Positions 56,436-64,000 of a DNA stretch of 64,000 bases are shown one piece after another (within the stretch, counting starts at the first letter, position 1; the number at the start of each line of letters is the position of its first letter). The position numbers were made by a program, and so were the translations under genes. Source of the DNA: a virus (lineage: Duplodnaviria; Caudoviricetes); the IMG/VR virus record IMGVR_UViG_3300047550_002841, positions 869-64,868 of that record, one strand, 5' to 3'. Under the pieces are notes generated by a model that saw only the letters and a program-made list of their open reading frames with translations, was not told the DNA's origin and ran no database searches.

Positions 56436-56586
56436 TCTTCAAGTCTTTCACCAATTTTTTTTGTACTTCTATATCTTTTTGAACCCTGTTTGCTTCGATA
56501 GGGTTATCAATACTACTATAGTATTCATACCAGCAAATAAGTTCCTCAAGTTTCTTAAATGCTTGTTCTATTTCTTTTTTGCTCAT
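56404..56586 (-). CDS. Hypothetical protein
   Basis: 60-aa ORF overlapping both neighbours. Confidence 0.5.
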   Translation of the reverse strand: MSKKEIEQAFKKLEELICWYEYYSSIDNPIEANRVQKDIEVQKKLVKDLKNGQIKEISGK

Positions 56587-56857
56587 TGTGCTTAATTAAC
56601 TTATCAAGATACCATTGTGCTTTTTTCAAGTCTTCTAAACCATTTTTATTTTCGCACCTCCAAATATACTTAATAATATTTGCTGTACAAACAGCATCTA
56701 AGCCAGTCTTATTGACTGTGGCTGATTCTATAGCGTCAATGCATTCGACTTTACCTTGAGTATAGTGAGTCGGGTGATTAACATTATCTTTTACTTCCTT
56801 CTGATGAACATCCCGATCATCAGACCCACTACCAAAATAATCCAAGTTATACTCCAT
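56555..56857 (-). CDS. DUF3310 (SaV-like) protein
   Basis: VNHPTHYTQGKVECIDAI...NIIKYIWR...KNGLEDLKKAQWYL. Confidence 0.9.
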   Translation of the reverse strand: MEYNLDYFGSGSDDRDVHQKEVKDNVNHPTHYTQGKVECIDAIESATVNKTGLDAVCTANIIKYIWRCENKNGLEDLKKAQWYLDKLIKHNEQKRNRTSI

Positions 56858-57216
56858 TTAGTTTCTTTTAATGTTACGATTCGTCCCGGTACTTTAACTT
56901 CACGATGTATTGTATCTCTCACAGTAAGAGTATCTGGTTTTACTGTTACCCCGAAAAAATCTCCACGCCTTTCAATAATCAAGCGTTCTGTTTCAATGAT
57001 AGTGTCGTGGCTAATAATAAAAGAATCCTTGTGCTCTGGCACCGGAACTTTTATTTCTCTGATAATCGTATCCTTTACTGTAACTGTATCAGTTTCAATA
57101 AGTTCTGGATGTTTCTTTATCAGCCTCTGATATCTTTTCTGAGCAGAACAACTCATCAACACCATTGTACAAACAATGGCTATCGCCACTGAACTACTCT
57201 TTAATGTCTTCGACAT
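56791..57216 (-). CDS. Lipoprotein, possible unimolecular spanin
   Basis: Lipobox-like VLMSC, repeated DT.T/DTI beta segments and a C-terminal TM helix. Confidence 0.55.
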   Translation of the reverse strand: MSKTLKSSSVAIAIVCTMVLMSCSAQKRYQRLIKKHPELIETDTVTVKDTIIREIKVPVPEHKDSFIISHDTIIETERLIIERRGDFFGVTVKPDTLTVRDTIHREVKVPGRIVTLKETKWSITWIILVVGLMIGMFIRRK

Positions 57217-57445
57217 AAATATCTATAATGTTGTTTTGCTTTAGGTAGTCAAAGGTTGCCATAATGTACTCTCTAGTCACACATACATGACATCCACAAA
57301 AAATGTCGTAGGGTTCAAACAGAGCACCCTCCTCTGTTACAAATTCTTCATCTCGATCAATAGATTCCATGCAATTGTCCAAATGACTTTCTACGAATTG
57401 CTGTAATCCTACAGCTTGGTCCGGTGTTAATGCTATTTCGTTCAT
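57194..57445 (-). CDS. Hypothetical protein (CxCxxC)
   Basis: FCGCHVC motif; upstream TATATTTG at 57459-57466. Confidence 0.55.
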   Translation of the reverse strand: MNEIALTPDQAVGLQQFVESHLDNCMESIDRDEEFVTEEGALFEPYDIFCGCHVCVTREYIMATFDYLKQNNIIDIYVEDIKE

Positions 57446-57561
57446 GTTTTTAAGTGAACAAATATACTATTTTTTCTTATTTCGCAAATGGCGATCAATA
57501 AAATACCAAAACGCAAATAGAAAAGTGAAATAAATTACTAGGAATATGGCGACTTCACGCA

Positions 57562-57951
57562 TTACTTACGGAAAGGAACTACTTTTTTAGCAATACTCTT
57601 AGGTTGAGCCACAAACTGTTTACCCTTTGCGTTACCCTGTGCCTTTGCTTTATTAGTAGCTGCTTTCTCTCCTGAACTCAAAGATTTCCATGCCGCATCT
57701 GGCAGATATCTTTTTTTGCCTTTTGATGGCGTACCATCTGAAGTTCTCCACTTCTGATCACCCCACTTCTTCAAAGAATTATCTGAACTCTTTGGGCCTA
57801 CATATCCACCGCCAGATTTCTTATATCGCTGTGTGGCAAGCTGAGCTTTGCGAGCAGACCATTCCCCGGGGTCACCACCCTTACTGCCAGCTTTTACACT
57901 AGCAACAATGGCTTTCCATTTACTGGGATTGGTCTTTTTCGCAGTAGCCAT
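57562..57951 (-). CDS. Basic conserved protein (DUF5872-like)
   Basis: GGDPGEWSARKAQL...GGGY...RYLP...GKQFV motifs. Confidence 0.65.
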   Translation of the reverse strand: MATAKKTNPSKWKAIVASVKAGSKGGDPGEWSARKAQLATQRYKKSGGGYVGPKSSDNSLKKWGDQKWRTSDGTPSKGKKRYLPDAAWKSLSSGEKAATNKAKAQGNAKGKQFVAQPKSIAKKVVPFRK

Positions 57952-58100
57952 TACTTAGTAGATTTTCCCATTGAGGAGTTTTTACTAACCACTTTTTTTG
58001 TAACCTTAGTTAGTTTGCCAACAGGTTTCATTGTAACCTTAGTCAGTTTACCAACTGGCTTCATAGTGGATTTCATCGGGGTTGGTTTTTTGCCGTACAT
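57951..58100 (-). CDS. Small basic protein (49 aa) with tandem MKPVGKLTKVT repeat
   Basis: MYGKKPTPMKSTMKPVGKLTKVTMKPVGKLTKVTKK...; TATATTTG 6 nt upstream. Confidence 0.6.
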   Translation of the reverse strand: MYGKKPTPMKSTMKPVGKLTKVTMKPVGKLTKVTKKVVSKNSSMGKSTK

Positions 58101-58121
58101 GATATTCAAATATAATTATTT

Positions 58122-58268
58122 TTAACCTTGACCTCTATAAGCTTTCCGATAATTTTTACTAGATTTCAAAGAAGAATTCTTCTTTTTTGAAACTACTCCC
58201 GGACGCTTAATCTTTGGCTTGGGTTTCCACTTAGCCAGTTCTTTAGAGGATTTTACTTTGGCTGCCAT
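58122..58268 (-). CDS. Small basic protein (48 aa) ending YRGQG
   Basis: MAAKVKSSKELAKWKPKPKIKRPG...KAYRGQG. Confidence 0.65.
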   Translation of the reverse strand: MAAKVKSSKELAKWKPKPKIKRPGVVSKKKNSSLKSSKNYRKAYRGQG

Positions 58269-58699
58269 AAGTATAAACGAAAATAACCGAAATCTTCAGT
58301 ACCACCTTCTTCAACGTAATTCAAATACGCTTCGTAGATTGGACCTTTGAACTCTACTTGCTCAAAAGATGTATCAATACCTTTACTGATCATTTTTACT
58401 TGATACAGTTCCATCTTATCTTCCATCACGTTTACTACTTTGCTGATTGCTTCTACCTTCTCCTCAGCCTTTACTACTGCCTCTTTGAGTTCAGCCTTCT
58501 CTTCTACTTTTGTTTTTACCAGTTTCTCGCTAGTCTTCTGTGCTACTTTAGTGACTTCAGAAGCCATCGCCAAATTCTTTTGGACTTTCGCCAGCATCAT
58601 GTCGATCTCATCCACTGGAGGAGATGTCACCGCTCCAACTGGAAATGCTATTTCAATCATAATCAGAAAGACACAGCATACAACAATTAACGCTCTCAT
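58253..58699 (-). CDS. Membrane-anchored coiled-coil protein (spanin-like candidate)
   Basis: N-terminal hydrophobic helix followed by a long coiled coil. Confidence 0.5.
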   Translation of the reverse strand: MRALIVVCCVFLIMIEIAFPVGAVTSPPVDEIDMMLAKVQKNLAMASEVTKVAQKTSEKLVKTKVEEKAELKEAVVKAEEKVEAISKVVNVMEDKMELYQVKMISKGIDTSFEQVEFKGPIYEAYLNYVEEGGTEDFGYFRLYLWQPK

Positions 58700-58977
58700 A
58701 GCTTTTTAACTGTGTTGATAATTCTTAACTCCGTTATAGCTGCAGCAAGTGCACTATCACTTTTCTTTAAAGCAGCATTCATGCGATCAACTTTAATTTC
58801 CAAAGCCTTAATCTTTTCATTAGAGACTTGGATCTGATCCGCATAACCTGTTTTAACGTCATAATACAGATAGCTAACAGCCACCAACATACAAAAAGCC
58901 ACTGCAGCAACAGGATTCTTTTTGAATTGATCAAAAGAAACTGGCAGCGGATTCGTTTTAACTTTTGCAACAGCCAT
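58696..58977 (-). CDS. Single-TM coiled-coil protein (holin-like candidate)
   Basis: KNPVAAVAFCMLVAVSYLY TM segment plus coiled coil; TATTTTTG 5 nt upstream. Confidence 0.5.
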   Translation of the reverse strand: MAVAKVKTNPLPVSFDQFKKNPVAAVAFCMLVAVSYLYYDVKTGYADQIQVSNEKIKALEIKVDRMNAALKKSDSALAAAITELRIINTVKKL

Positions 58978-58995
58978 GATAACAAAAATACAAAA

Positions 58996-59313
58996 TTAAT
59001 TTTTATTTTTTTCATCTAAAAAATCTAGCAAACGAACTTTTTTTCTGTCTCGTTTTGCTTTCTCTGAGTCAGTTAGCGTAATTATCCCAAAGATCAACAA
59101 GGATAAAATGATAACAAAAAATGCTGGAACTACATAGTTTTGTGCTTCCGTATACCAATTGTATTCGGTATCCAATGGCTCAACAATACTTGACGTGACT
59201 TCATTGGTATCAATCTTATCACGATCATCGCGGTAACTCTTGAGCATTGCATCAGCCATGCTGTCTGCAGCTCGATTCATGCTGTCAATCCATTCTATAC
59301 TACCTCTTTTCAC
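58996..59313 (-). CDS. Single-TM membrane protein
   Basis: VVPAFFVIILSLLIFGIITL; overlaps the upstream gene by 14 nt. Confidence 0.55.
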   Translation of the reverse strand: MKRGSIEWIDSMNRAADSMADAMLKSYRDDRDKIDTNEVTSSIVEPLDTEYNWYTEAQNYVVPAFFVIILSLLIFGIITLTDSEKAKRDRKKVRLLDFLDEKNKN

Positions 59314-59848
59314 CTGATGCGTATTTAACTCCCATGATGGTTCCTATAATAGAAAATGAATTCGTCAACAATATACCAAACAGATTAGACCAAGTACTCT
59401 CTATAATCTTGGCATCCAACCCCTTGGATATAACGTAAAAGTACAAGAGAGATGTCAGAAATGCAACAGTTCCGATGATTCCTAACGCCACTTTAACAAT
59501 GAGCCCAACTAATTCAAACTGGGTTCTCTTCTGTAAGGTTTCTAAATCCTCTACCGCAGCATCTCGTAACTTAACAGACTCCGACAAAGCAACCTGTAGC
59601 TCGCCCATGAGCTTCTCTCTTTCTGCTTGGCTATCTATTAAATCCTTATTTTGTTGTTGGACTTGCTTGGTTATTTCTAATCGCTTCCTTCTAGTTTCGT
59701 TATCTCTTTGTTTTGCCTCATCTATGTATTGCTGAAACTCCTTATTTGTAGTCTTAATTACTTTCAGTAAGTTTCCCTCTAGTGCAACTTTTTTAGATTT
59801 GTACAGAGAGATTAAGTCGGACTCAATATCTTTACCAAAGGATATCAC
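59300..59848 (-). CDS. Coiled-coil protein with two C-terminal TM helices
   Basis: Long N-terminal coiled coil and two hydrophobic helices; 4-nt overlap with the receiver gene. Confidence 0.65.
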   Translation of the reverse strand: MISFGKDIESDLISLYKSKKVALEGNLLKVIKTTNKEFQQYIDEAKQRDNETRRKRLEITKQVQQQNKDLIDSQAEREKLMGELQVALSESVKLRDAAVEDLETLQKRTQFELVGLIVKVALGIIGTVAFLTSLLYFYVISKGLDAKIIESTWSNLFGILLTNSFSIIGTIMGVKYASGEKR

Positions 59849-60282
59849 TTATACACTTTAAAGGGAGCAGTTTTATTTTTATAGCCATCGTAGTCCTTAC
59901 GGAAAGCTTCTAAGCGTGGCTCAATCTCATCACTCTTAATAATCCAAAACTGTGCTCCAACCTTTTTAGCTTTCTCTATCTCTTGTTTATCATCAGACGA
60001 AGAGATGATACCTATGACTACACCGTTTCCGTATTCGCCATTGATCTTACGAATCAGCTCAATGCCATCAAAAGAAGAACCTATAATATTTAAATCTACG
60101 AATACACACTCGGGTTTATCTTCTTCTGGGCCCTCATCAAACCATTTTTTAAATAGGCGATCAGCTTCGTCAGAAGAAGTCAAACTTTGTAAACTTAGAG
60201 TTATATCTAAAAGACTGCAAGAATCTTCAAACACAAGATGAAACAAATCTTCATCGTCAACCAATAGTATAGAATCAATCAT
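59845..60282 (-). CDS. Single-domain response regulator (CheY-like receiver)
   Basis: ILLVDDE, phospho-acceptor FVDLN, DGIELI, ISSS and GA..WIIK. Confidence 0.92.
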   Translation of the reverse strand: MIDSILLVDDEDLFHLVFEDSCSLLDITLSLQSLTSSDEADRLFKKWFDEGPEEDKPECVFVDLNIIGSSFDGIELIRKINGEYGNGVVIGIISSSDDKQEIEKAKKVGAQFWIIKSDEIEPRLEAFRKDYDGYKNKTAPFKVYK

Positions 60283-61505
60283 AATCTTATTTTAATTTTT
60301 GTACCCACATCAAGTTTTTCTACCTCTATTTTGAAGTCATGTTCTTCCATAATAGCCGTACATATATTCAAACCTAAACCAGATCCGGCTTCTGCTTGAC
60401 CTTCTTTACGAATATATGGCTGAGACCATGTTTCAAAATCTTTCTGAGACATCCCTCTTCCGTTATCTTGGATAACAAAATAGTTATTTTCCACAAAGAT
60501 ATGGACTAATTTTGTTGCCGAATCGTTGTATTTTAAACCGTTTCGGATCAAATTATCCACTGCTGTACAGAATAAACTTTCATTGACTAAAATAGTGGGC
60601 ATATCATCTATAACCACTTGCTTTTCATATGATGTACTAGACAAATAAGATTGTAAAATTTCTTTTAAGTTGCACTCAGTCCTCTCTAACTGAGCATCTT
60701 TTTTTACCAGATTCGTAAACTCCTTAACCCCACGATACACCTTTTGTGTGTGTACCAAACCTTCCTCAATCATTCTTAGAGGTGCATCCACCTTCAATGT
60801 TTTAATTTGCTCCTGAGTCAATCTTCGTTTCAATGAACTCAAGCCTCTGGGTATGTACGTATTAATACCAGAGTGCATATCATGACGCAATATTTTTGCC
60901 GCATGCTCTAAGTAAGAATTCTTCTTTGCGATTTCAACCTCAATGTTCTTCTTAGCGGTTATATCTGTTGCTATCTTAAGCACCCTATATACCTCACCAT
61001 AAGGATCCATAATTGGGTTGTAGTTCCCGTAAATCCAAACTGCCTCACCTTTTTTATTTCTTCTTTTAAATTCACCTGAAACAGACCGTCCTGCTCTAAG
61101 ATTTCTCCATAAACTCACATGTTCCTCCTGCGAAAAATCATGAATTAAATCACGATGATTCATTTGCTTCAGTTCACTGTTGCGATACCCAGTGATGTCT
61201 GAAAATATATCATTAGCATTTAAAATACTCCCATCTGTATCTAGTTCTACTAATGCGTTAGATAAATTAATAGCCAGTAGCGTATCGTCAACTGACTGTG
61301 CTTTGTATTGTGCTTTTCTTACAAACTCAACTGCCCCTATAAAAAAGAAAGGTATGAATGCAATAATACATCCATACCCAAACTCTATAATTAATAACGA
61401 TGGTTTAAAATATCCAAATACTACTGCACTCTGAACCCCGAAGAAAGTCATCATGATTGCAATCGCAATCAATAGGGAGCACTTAGCCAGTAGTGATAGT
61501 TTCAC
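60279..61505 (-). CDS. Membrane PAS-domain sensor histidine kinase
   Basis: Two TM helices, PAS/PAC domain, H-box LRHDMHS, N-box NLIRNGLKY, G1 DNGRGM, G2 GSGLGL; GTG start. Confidence 0.93.
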   Translation of the reverse strand: MKLSLLAKCSLLIAIAIMMTFFGVQSAVVFGYFKPSLLIIEFGYGCIIAFIPFFFIGAVEFVRKAQYKAQSVDDTLLAINLSNALVELDTDGSILNANDIFSDITGYRNSELKQMNHRDLIHDFSQEEHVSLWRNLRAGRSVSGEFKRRNKKGEAVWIYGNYNPIMDPYGEVYRVLKIATDITAKKNIEVEIAKKNSYLEHAAKILRHDMHSGINTYIPRGLSSLKRRLTQEQIKTLKVDAPLRMIEEGLVHTQKVYRGVKEFTNLVKKDAQLERTECNLKEILQSYLSSTSYEKQVVIDDMPTILVNESLFCTAVDNLIRNGLKYNDSATKLVHIFVENNYFVIQDNGRGMSQKDFETWSQPYIRKEGQAEAGSGLGLNICTAIMEEHDFKIEVEKLDVGTKIKIRL

Positions 61506-61648
61506 TTTTTCGTTTTTTTAGACGCACTTATGGCAATAGCGATCACCTGCTTTTTACTCCGTGGGTTTTTACCTCCGGGCTTAGCGTACGCTTTGTTTTT
61601 CTTCATAAGCTCGCTAATATTTTTAGATACGCTTTTTCCTAGTGGCAT
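61502..61648 (-). CDS. Small basic protein (48 aa; QxIAIA motif, DUF6496-like)
   Basis: MPLGKSVSKNISELM...SKKQVIAIAISAS; GTGA overlap with the kinase start. Confidence 0.65.
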   Translation of the reverse strand: MPLGKSVSKNISELMKKNKAYAKPGGKNPRSKKQVIAIAISASKKTKK

Positions 61649-61806
61649 TACTTTTTCATTTTCATTTTAGATATTGAAGATCCAGCCATTTTACTTTTGA
61701 TGTTTGACTTGCTCTTAGCCATCTGCATTGCAGAATCTATTTTCTTTTTTTCGGACATGGCTGAGACTTTCTTCGCAGGTCCATACATTGGTTTTGGTTG
61801 TTTCAT
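61648..61806 (-). CDS. Small basic Lys/Met-rich protein (52 aa)
   Basis: MKQPKPMYGPAKK...KMKMKK; TAATG overlap. Confidence 0.6.
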   Translation of the reverse strand: MKQPKPMYGPAKKVSAMSEKKKIDSAMQMAKSKSNIKSKMAGSSISKMKMKK

Positions 61807-61811
61807 AGCCT

Positions 61812-61976
61812 TTATTTTTTCTTTTTCATTTTGCCGAACATCATCTTCTCTTTGGCTTCAACTTTCTTACCCTCTTTCTTTTCGTGCTTCATTTCAGCCT
61901 TTTTAGAAGTGTACTTTTCCATACCACCGTACTCAGAAATCTTCTTACCTACGGCTTTCTTTATTGGTTTTTTCAT
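61812..61976 (-). CDS. Small basic protein (54 aa)
   Basis: MKKPIKKAVGKKISEYGGMEKYTSKKAEMKHEKKEGKK... Confidence 0.65.
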   Translation of the reverse strand: MKKPIKKAVGKKISEYGGMEKYTSKKAEMKHEKKEGKKVEAKEKMMFGKMKKKK

Positions 61977-62362
61977 TTCTTTGTTGATTTCATCATTGGT
62001 TTCTTGGTAGCAACAGTCTTCTTAGATGGAGCAGCAGTTGCTTTCTTTGGTGCAGACTTAGTACCCTTTAGTCCACCGCTTTTTGCCTTATTGAATCTTT
62101 CCTTGGCTGTATCGTGATATGGGTTTCTCATCATACTATCCGCCTGCTTTCTTATTGTTCCTTGTAAGTCATATGGAAGACCCGCTTTGGTTTGAATAGT
62201 TTGATCACCTGATCTCAATGTTCTTGTGGGAGCACTAGTGAATTTTTTCACATTTGTATCAAATCGTTTTCCGATTGCTTCATATTGAGCAGAATCCTTT
62301 GCAGTATATGTTCTTTTCGGAGGACTTGGCTGCATTTTTTTGGTTGATTTCTTTATAGCCAT
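61973..62362 (-). CDS. Basic histone-H1-like-tailed protein
   Basis: 129 aa; Lys/Ala/Pro-rich termini. Confidence 0.6.
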   Translation of the reverse strand: MAIKKSTKKMQPSPPKRTYTAKDSAQYEAIGKRFDTNVKKFTSAPTRTLRSGDQTIQTKAGLPYDLQGTIRKQADSMMRNPYHDTAKERFNKAKSGGLKGTKSAPKKATAAPSKKTVATKKPMMKSTKK

Positions 62363-62366
62363 GATA

Positions 62367-62471
62367 TTATTTCTTTGGTTTATTTTTTGATACTTTCACC
62401 TTACCACTTGGCTTGGTGGGTTTTGAGTTGTTGTGTTCTAGCTTCTTAGCTACAAAATTACAGTTAAACAT
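62367..62471 (-). CDS. Small basic protein (34 aa)
   Basis: MFNCNFVAKKLEHNNSKPTKPSGKVKVSKNKPKK; TAATG overlap. Confidence 0.4.
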   Translation of the reverse strand: MFNCNFVAKKLEHNNSKPTKPSGKVKVSKNKPKK

Positions 62472-62767
62472 TAGCACTTCCATCTTTTACGAGCCTGCCT
62501 CAAACGTGAGTTTGGATCTGAAGCCGCCTTCGGGAACATTTTCATTTGACCAGCACTACGAGCACAAAATGATTTGCGTCTCTTCGCATCTGCACTACCT
62601 GCTTTCACTTCACCAGTGACAGCTGTCTTTAATTTAGATCCGGGGTTTGCTCTGCGATATGCAGCCACACCTTTAGCCGTCATACCTGCACCCTTCTTAG
62701 TGGGCAGGTAATTAGCATTTTTTCCTCTAGTGGTTTTCGGAATGGGATTATCCCTCTTGGTTGCCAT
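62471..62767 (-). CDS. Basic conserved phage protein (DUF6321-like)
   Basis: NPGSKLK...RRKSFCARS...DPNSRL...RWKC; likely start MATKRD. Confidence 0.7.
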   Translation of the reverse strand: MATKRDNPIPKTTRGKNANYLPTKKGAGMTAKGVAAYRRANPGSKLKTAVTGEVKAGSADAKRRKSFCARSAGQMKMFPKAASDPNSRLRQARKRWKC

Positions 62768-62984
62768 CTTTCTTCTTAAATATCTTATTGGCAGCTCCGA
62801 GGCCCAGAGCACCAAAAGCGAGTGCAGCCACTGCTTCTACCAAAATGGCAGATGGAGCCACATGCTCTTCTGAAAAAGAATTGTGATACATGGTCACACA
62901 CAACGCGATTGAACATAGAATGCCCACGAATCGATTCGCAGAAAATTTATCATGCTCATCTTTGAAAATTTGAAAGAATTTCAT
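62748..62984 (-). CDS. Two-TM holin-like protein
   Basis: 78 aa, two TM helices, basic C-terminus. Confidence 0.5.
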   Translation of the reverse strand: MKFFQIFKDEHDKFSANRFVGILCSIALCVTMYHNSFSEEHVAPSAILVEAVAALAFGALGLGAANKIFKKKDGNQEG

Positions 62985-63007
62985 ATGGCTAATTTATTTA
63001 ATTTAAT

Positions 63008-63253
63008 TTAATTTTCCAATGGTGGAAATGGTGGTGTTACAACTTCAAACTCACTCGGTGTTCCAAGAACAGGGGTTAATGATTCATCGAAAACAATATA
63101 CCAAAATTGTGGTGTGTTCAATTCTGCAAACTGATAGTCCACCCAATTCTGCGTAACATCATCGGGCGAAACTGGGATGCCATAGTAAGCATCACACGCC
63201 TCACGAGCGTTGATTGCTTCTTGTTCGGTGTTATATTGGTAACCAATTGTCAT
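63008..63253 (-). CDS. Tail-fibre-associated small protein
   Basis: 81-aa acidic ORF (GYQYNTEQEA) downstream of the tail fibre and endonuclease. Confidence 0.55.
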   Translation of the reverse strand: MTIGYQYNTEQEAINAREACDAYYGIPVSPDDVTQNWVDYQFAELNTPQFWYIVFDESLTPVLGTPSEFEVVTPPFPPLEN

Positions 63254-63873
63254 AGTATTAAGTATTGTTTATTAGACTTTCTTTTTAAGCCCTGCAATGC
63301 AGTTTGATAATTAATGCAATATAGTGAAGCAAATTGCATAATGCTTTCATGAAACACTCCAGTATATAAATCAAGAACTTGTCTTGAAACACCGCTTTTT
63401 AACCCTCTTGCAGACTTCTCTTTGTTTTTTGGTATTCCCTTTTGGATAATACTCAAGTGTGTTTTTTGTTCTTCAGTCAAACTCCAATCTCTACCGCTTT
63501 CTCTTAGTTTTTTACGATGTTCGTCAGACAACTTTCTACCTTTATGCGCTTGTGCTATTTTTTGCTTATGTTCATCGCTAAACACTTGCCCCGAAGTTCC
63601 ATCGCCACCATCTGTTAAATTACAAAGAGTTCCAGTGCTTAAATTAATTCTTCCATATAATGATATGAATTCCTTCTCCTTAACCTTTGCTTCTTCAAAT
63701 GTAATATCGTCACACATAATCTGAACTTTGTAATCTGTCCTTGACACTATGCCTTTCCATATTTTGCTTCTATGGGATTTGGCCGTTGCTCTGTAATAAT
63801 GCTCATCACTTCCAATACCAATATAGAATGGTTGGTTTTTGTCTAATCTAATATGTCGGTAAACGTAAGCCAT
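63250..63873 (-). mobile_element. Free-standing GIY-YIG-like homing endonuclease with NUMOD3 repeats
   Basis: YVYRH...PFYIGIG, E..FI..YGR, NLTDGGDG; two S.EH..K NUMOD3-like repeats. Confidence 0.85.
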
Positions 63874-63885
63874 TATTGATAGCCG

Positions 63886-64000
63886 TTAATAGATGCCATA
63901 GTAAGTATTTGTGTTAGTTGAAATACCTGTTCTATCAGAACTTTTATCGCTTGTATAAATTATTATTTCTTGCAAAACACCTGCAAAATTATAATTAGAA
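63886..64000 (-). CDS. C-terminus of tail fibre / LamG-like domain protein (partial)
   Basis: ...FAGVLQEIIIYTSDKSSDRTGISTNTNTYYGIY* runs in from the window end. Confidence 0.65.
   Translation of the reverse strand, partial: SNYNFAGVLQEIIIYTSDKSSDRTGISTNTNTYYGIY

Noticed and set aside
59845-61505. Two-component genes as host contamination or a prophage boundary
   Set aside because: Both ends overlap neighbouring genes in the same operon, and phage genes continue on both sides.
1-64000. Stop-codon reassignment (TAG/TGA) as in some crAss-like phages
   Set aside because: All large genes are intact in the standard code, and TGA and TAG occur as real stops at overlapping junctions.
1-64000. Diversity-generating retroelement or introns/inteins in polymerase, helicase or terminase
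   Set aside because: No reverse transcriptase or template/variable repeat pair was seen; the core enzymes are of normal length with contiguous motifs.

Overview
The whole window reads as a large part of a tailed dsDNA phage genome, most likely a podovirus-type, crAss-like-organised phage of a Bacteroidota host. The host call rests on TAnnTTTG promoters, a general lack of Shine-Dalgarno sites and a DDLPF SSB tail. No host genes or tRNAs were seen. The minus strand from 32.4 kb to 1 carries portal, scaffold, major capsid, decoration protein, NinG nuclease, three ring/adaptor proteins, a large tail nozzle protein, ejection proteins (including a 4148-aa polyvalent protein), a YkuD-like lysin and a tail fibre. 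The plus strand from 32.5 to 54.3 kb carries an SSB/YqaJ recombination module, a ~0.9-kb non-coding origin/terminus-like region, many small early genes, a serine recombinase, a Twinkle-like primase-helicase, a family B DNA polymerase and a DnaA-domain-IV protein. The minus strand from 64 to 54.3 kb carries a tail-fibre end, a homing endonuclease, small basic proteins, a complete PAS histidine kinase/receiver two-component pair coupled to membrane genes, lysis-like genes and the terminase. The most notable observations are: (1) an array of ~10 small gene cassettes joined by a 28-bp stop/SD/start repeat (MSNNKQ) about 1 kb upstream of a serine recombinase; (2) a phage two-component system next to the membrane/lysis genes; (3) a structured ncRNA candidate upstream of the portal; (4) palindromic CAACCRAAGGTTG repeats and DnaA boxes at a skew switch; (5) four 64-66-bp intergenic hairpins; (6) leaderless late genes; (7) apparent CCWGG avoidance. 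All family assignments come from motif recognition by eye, not database searches.
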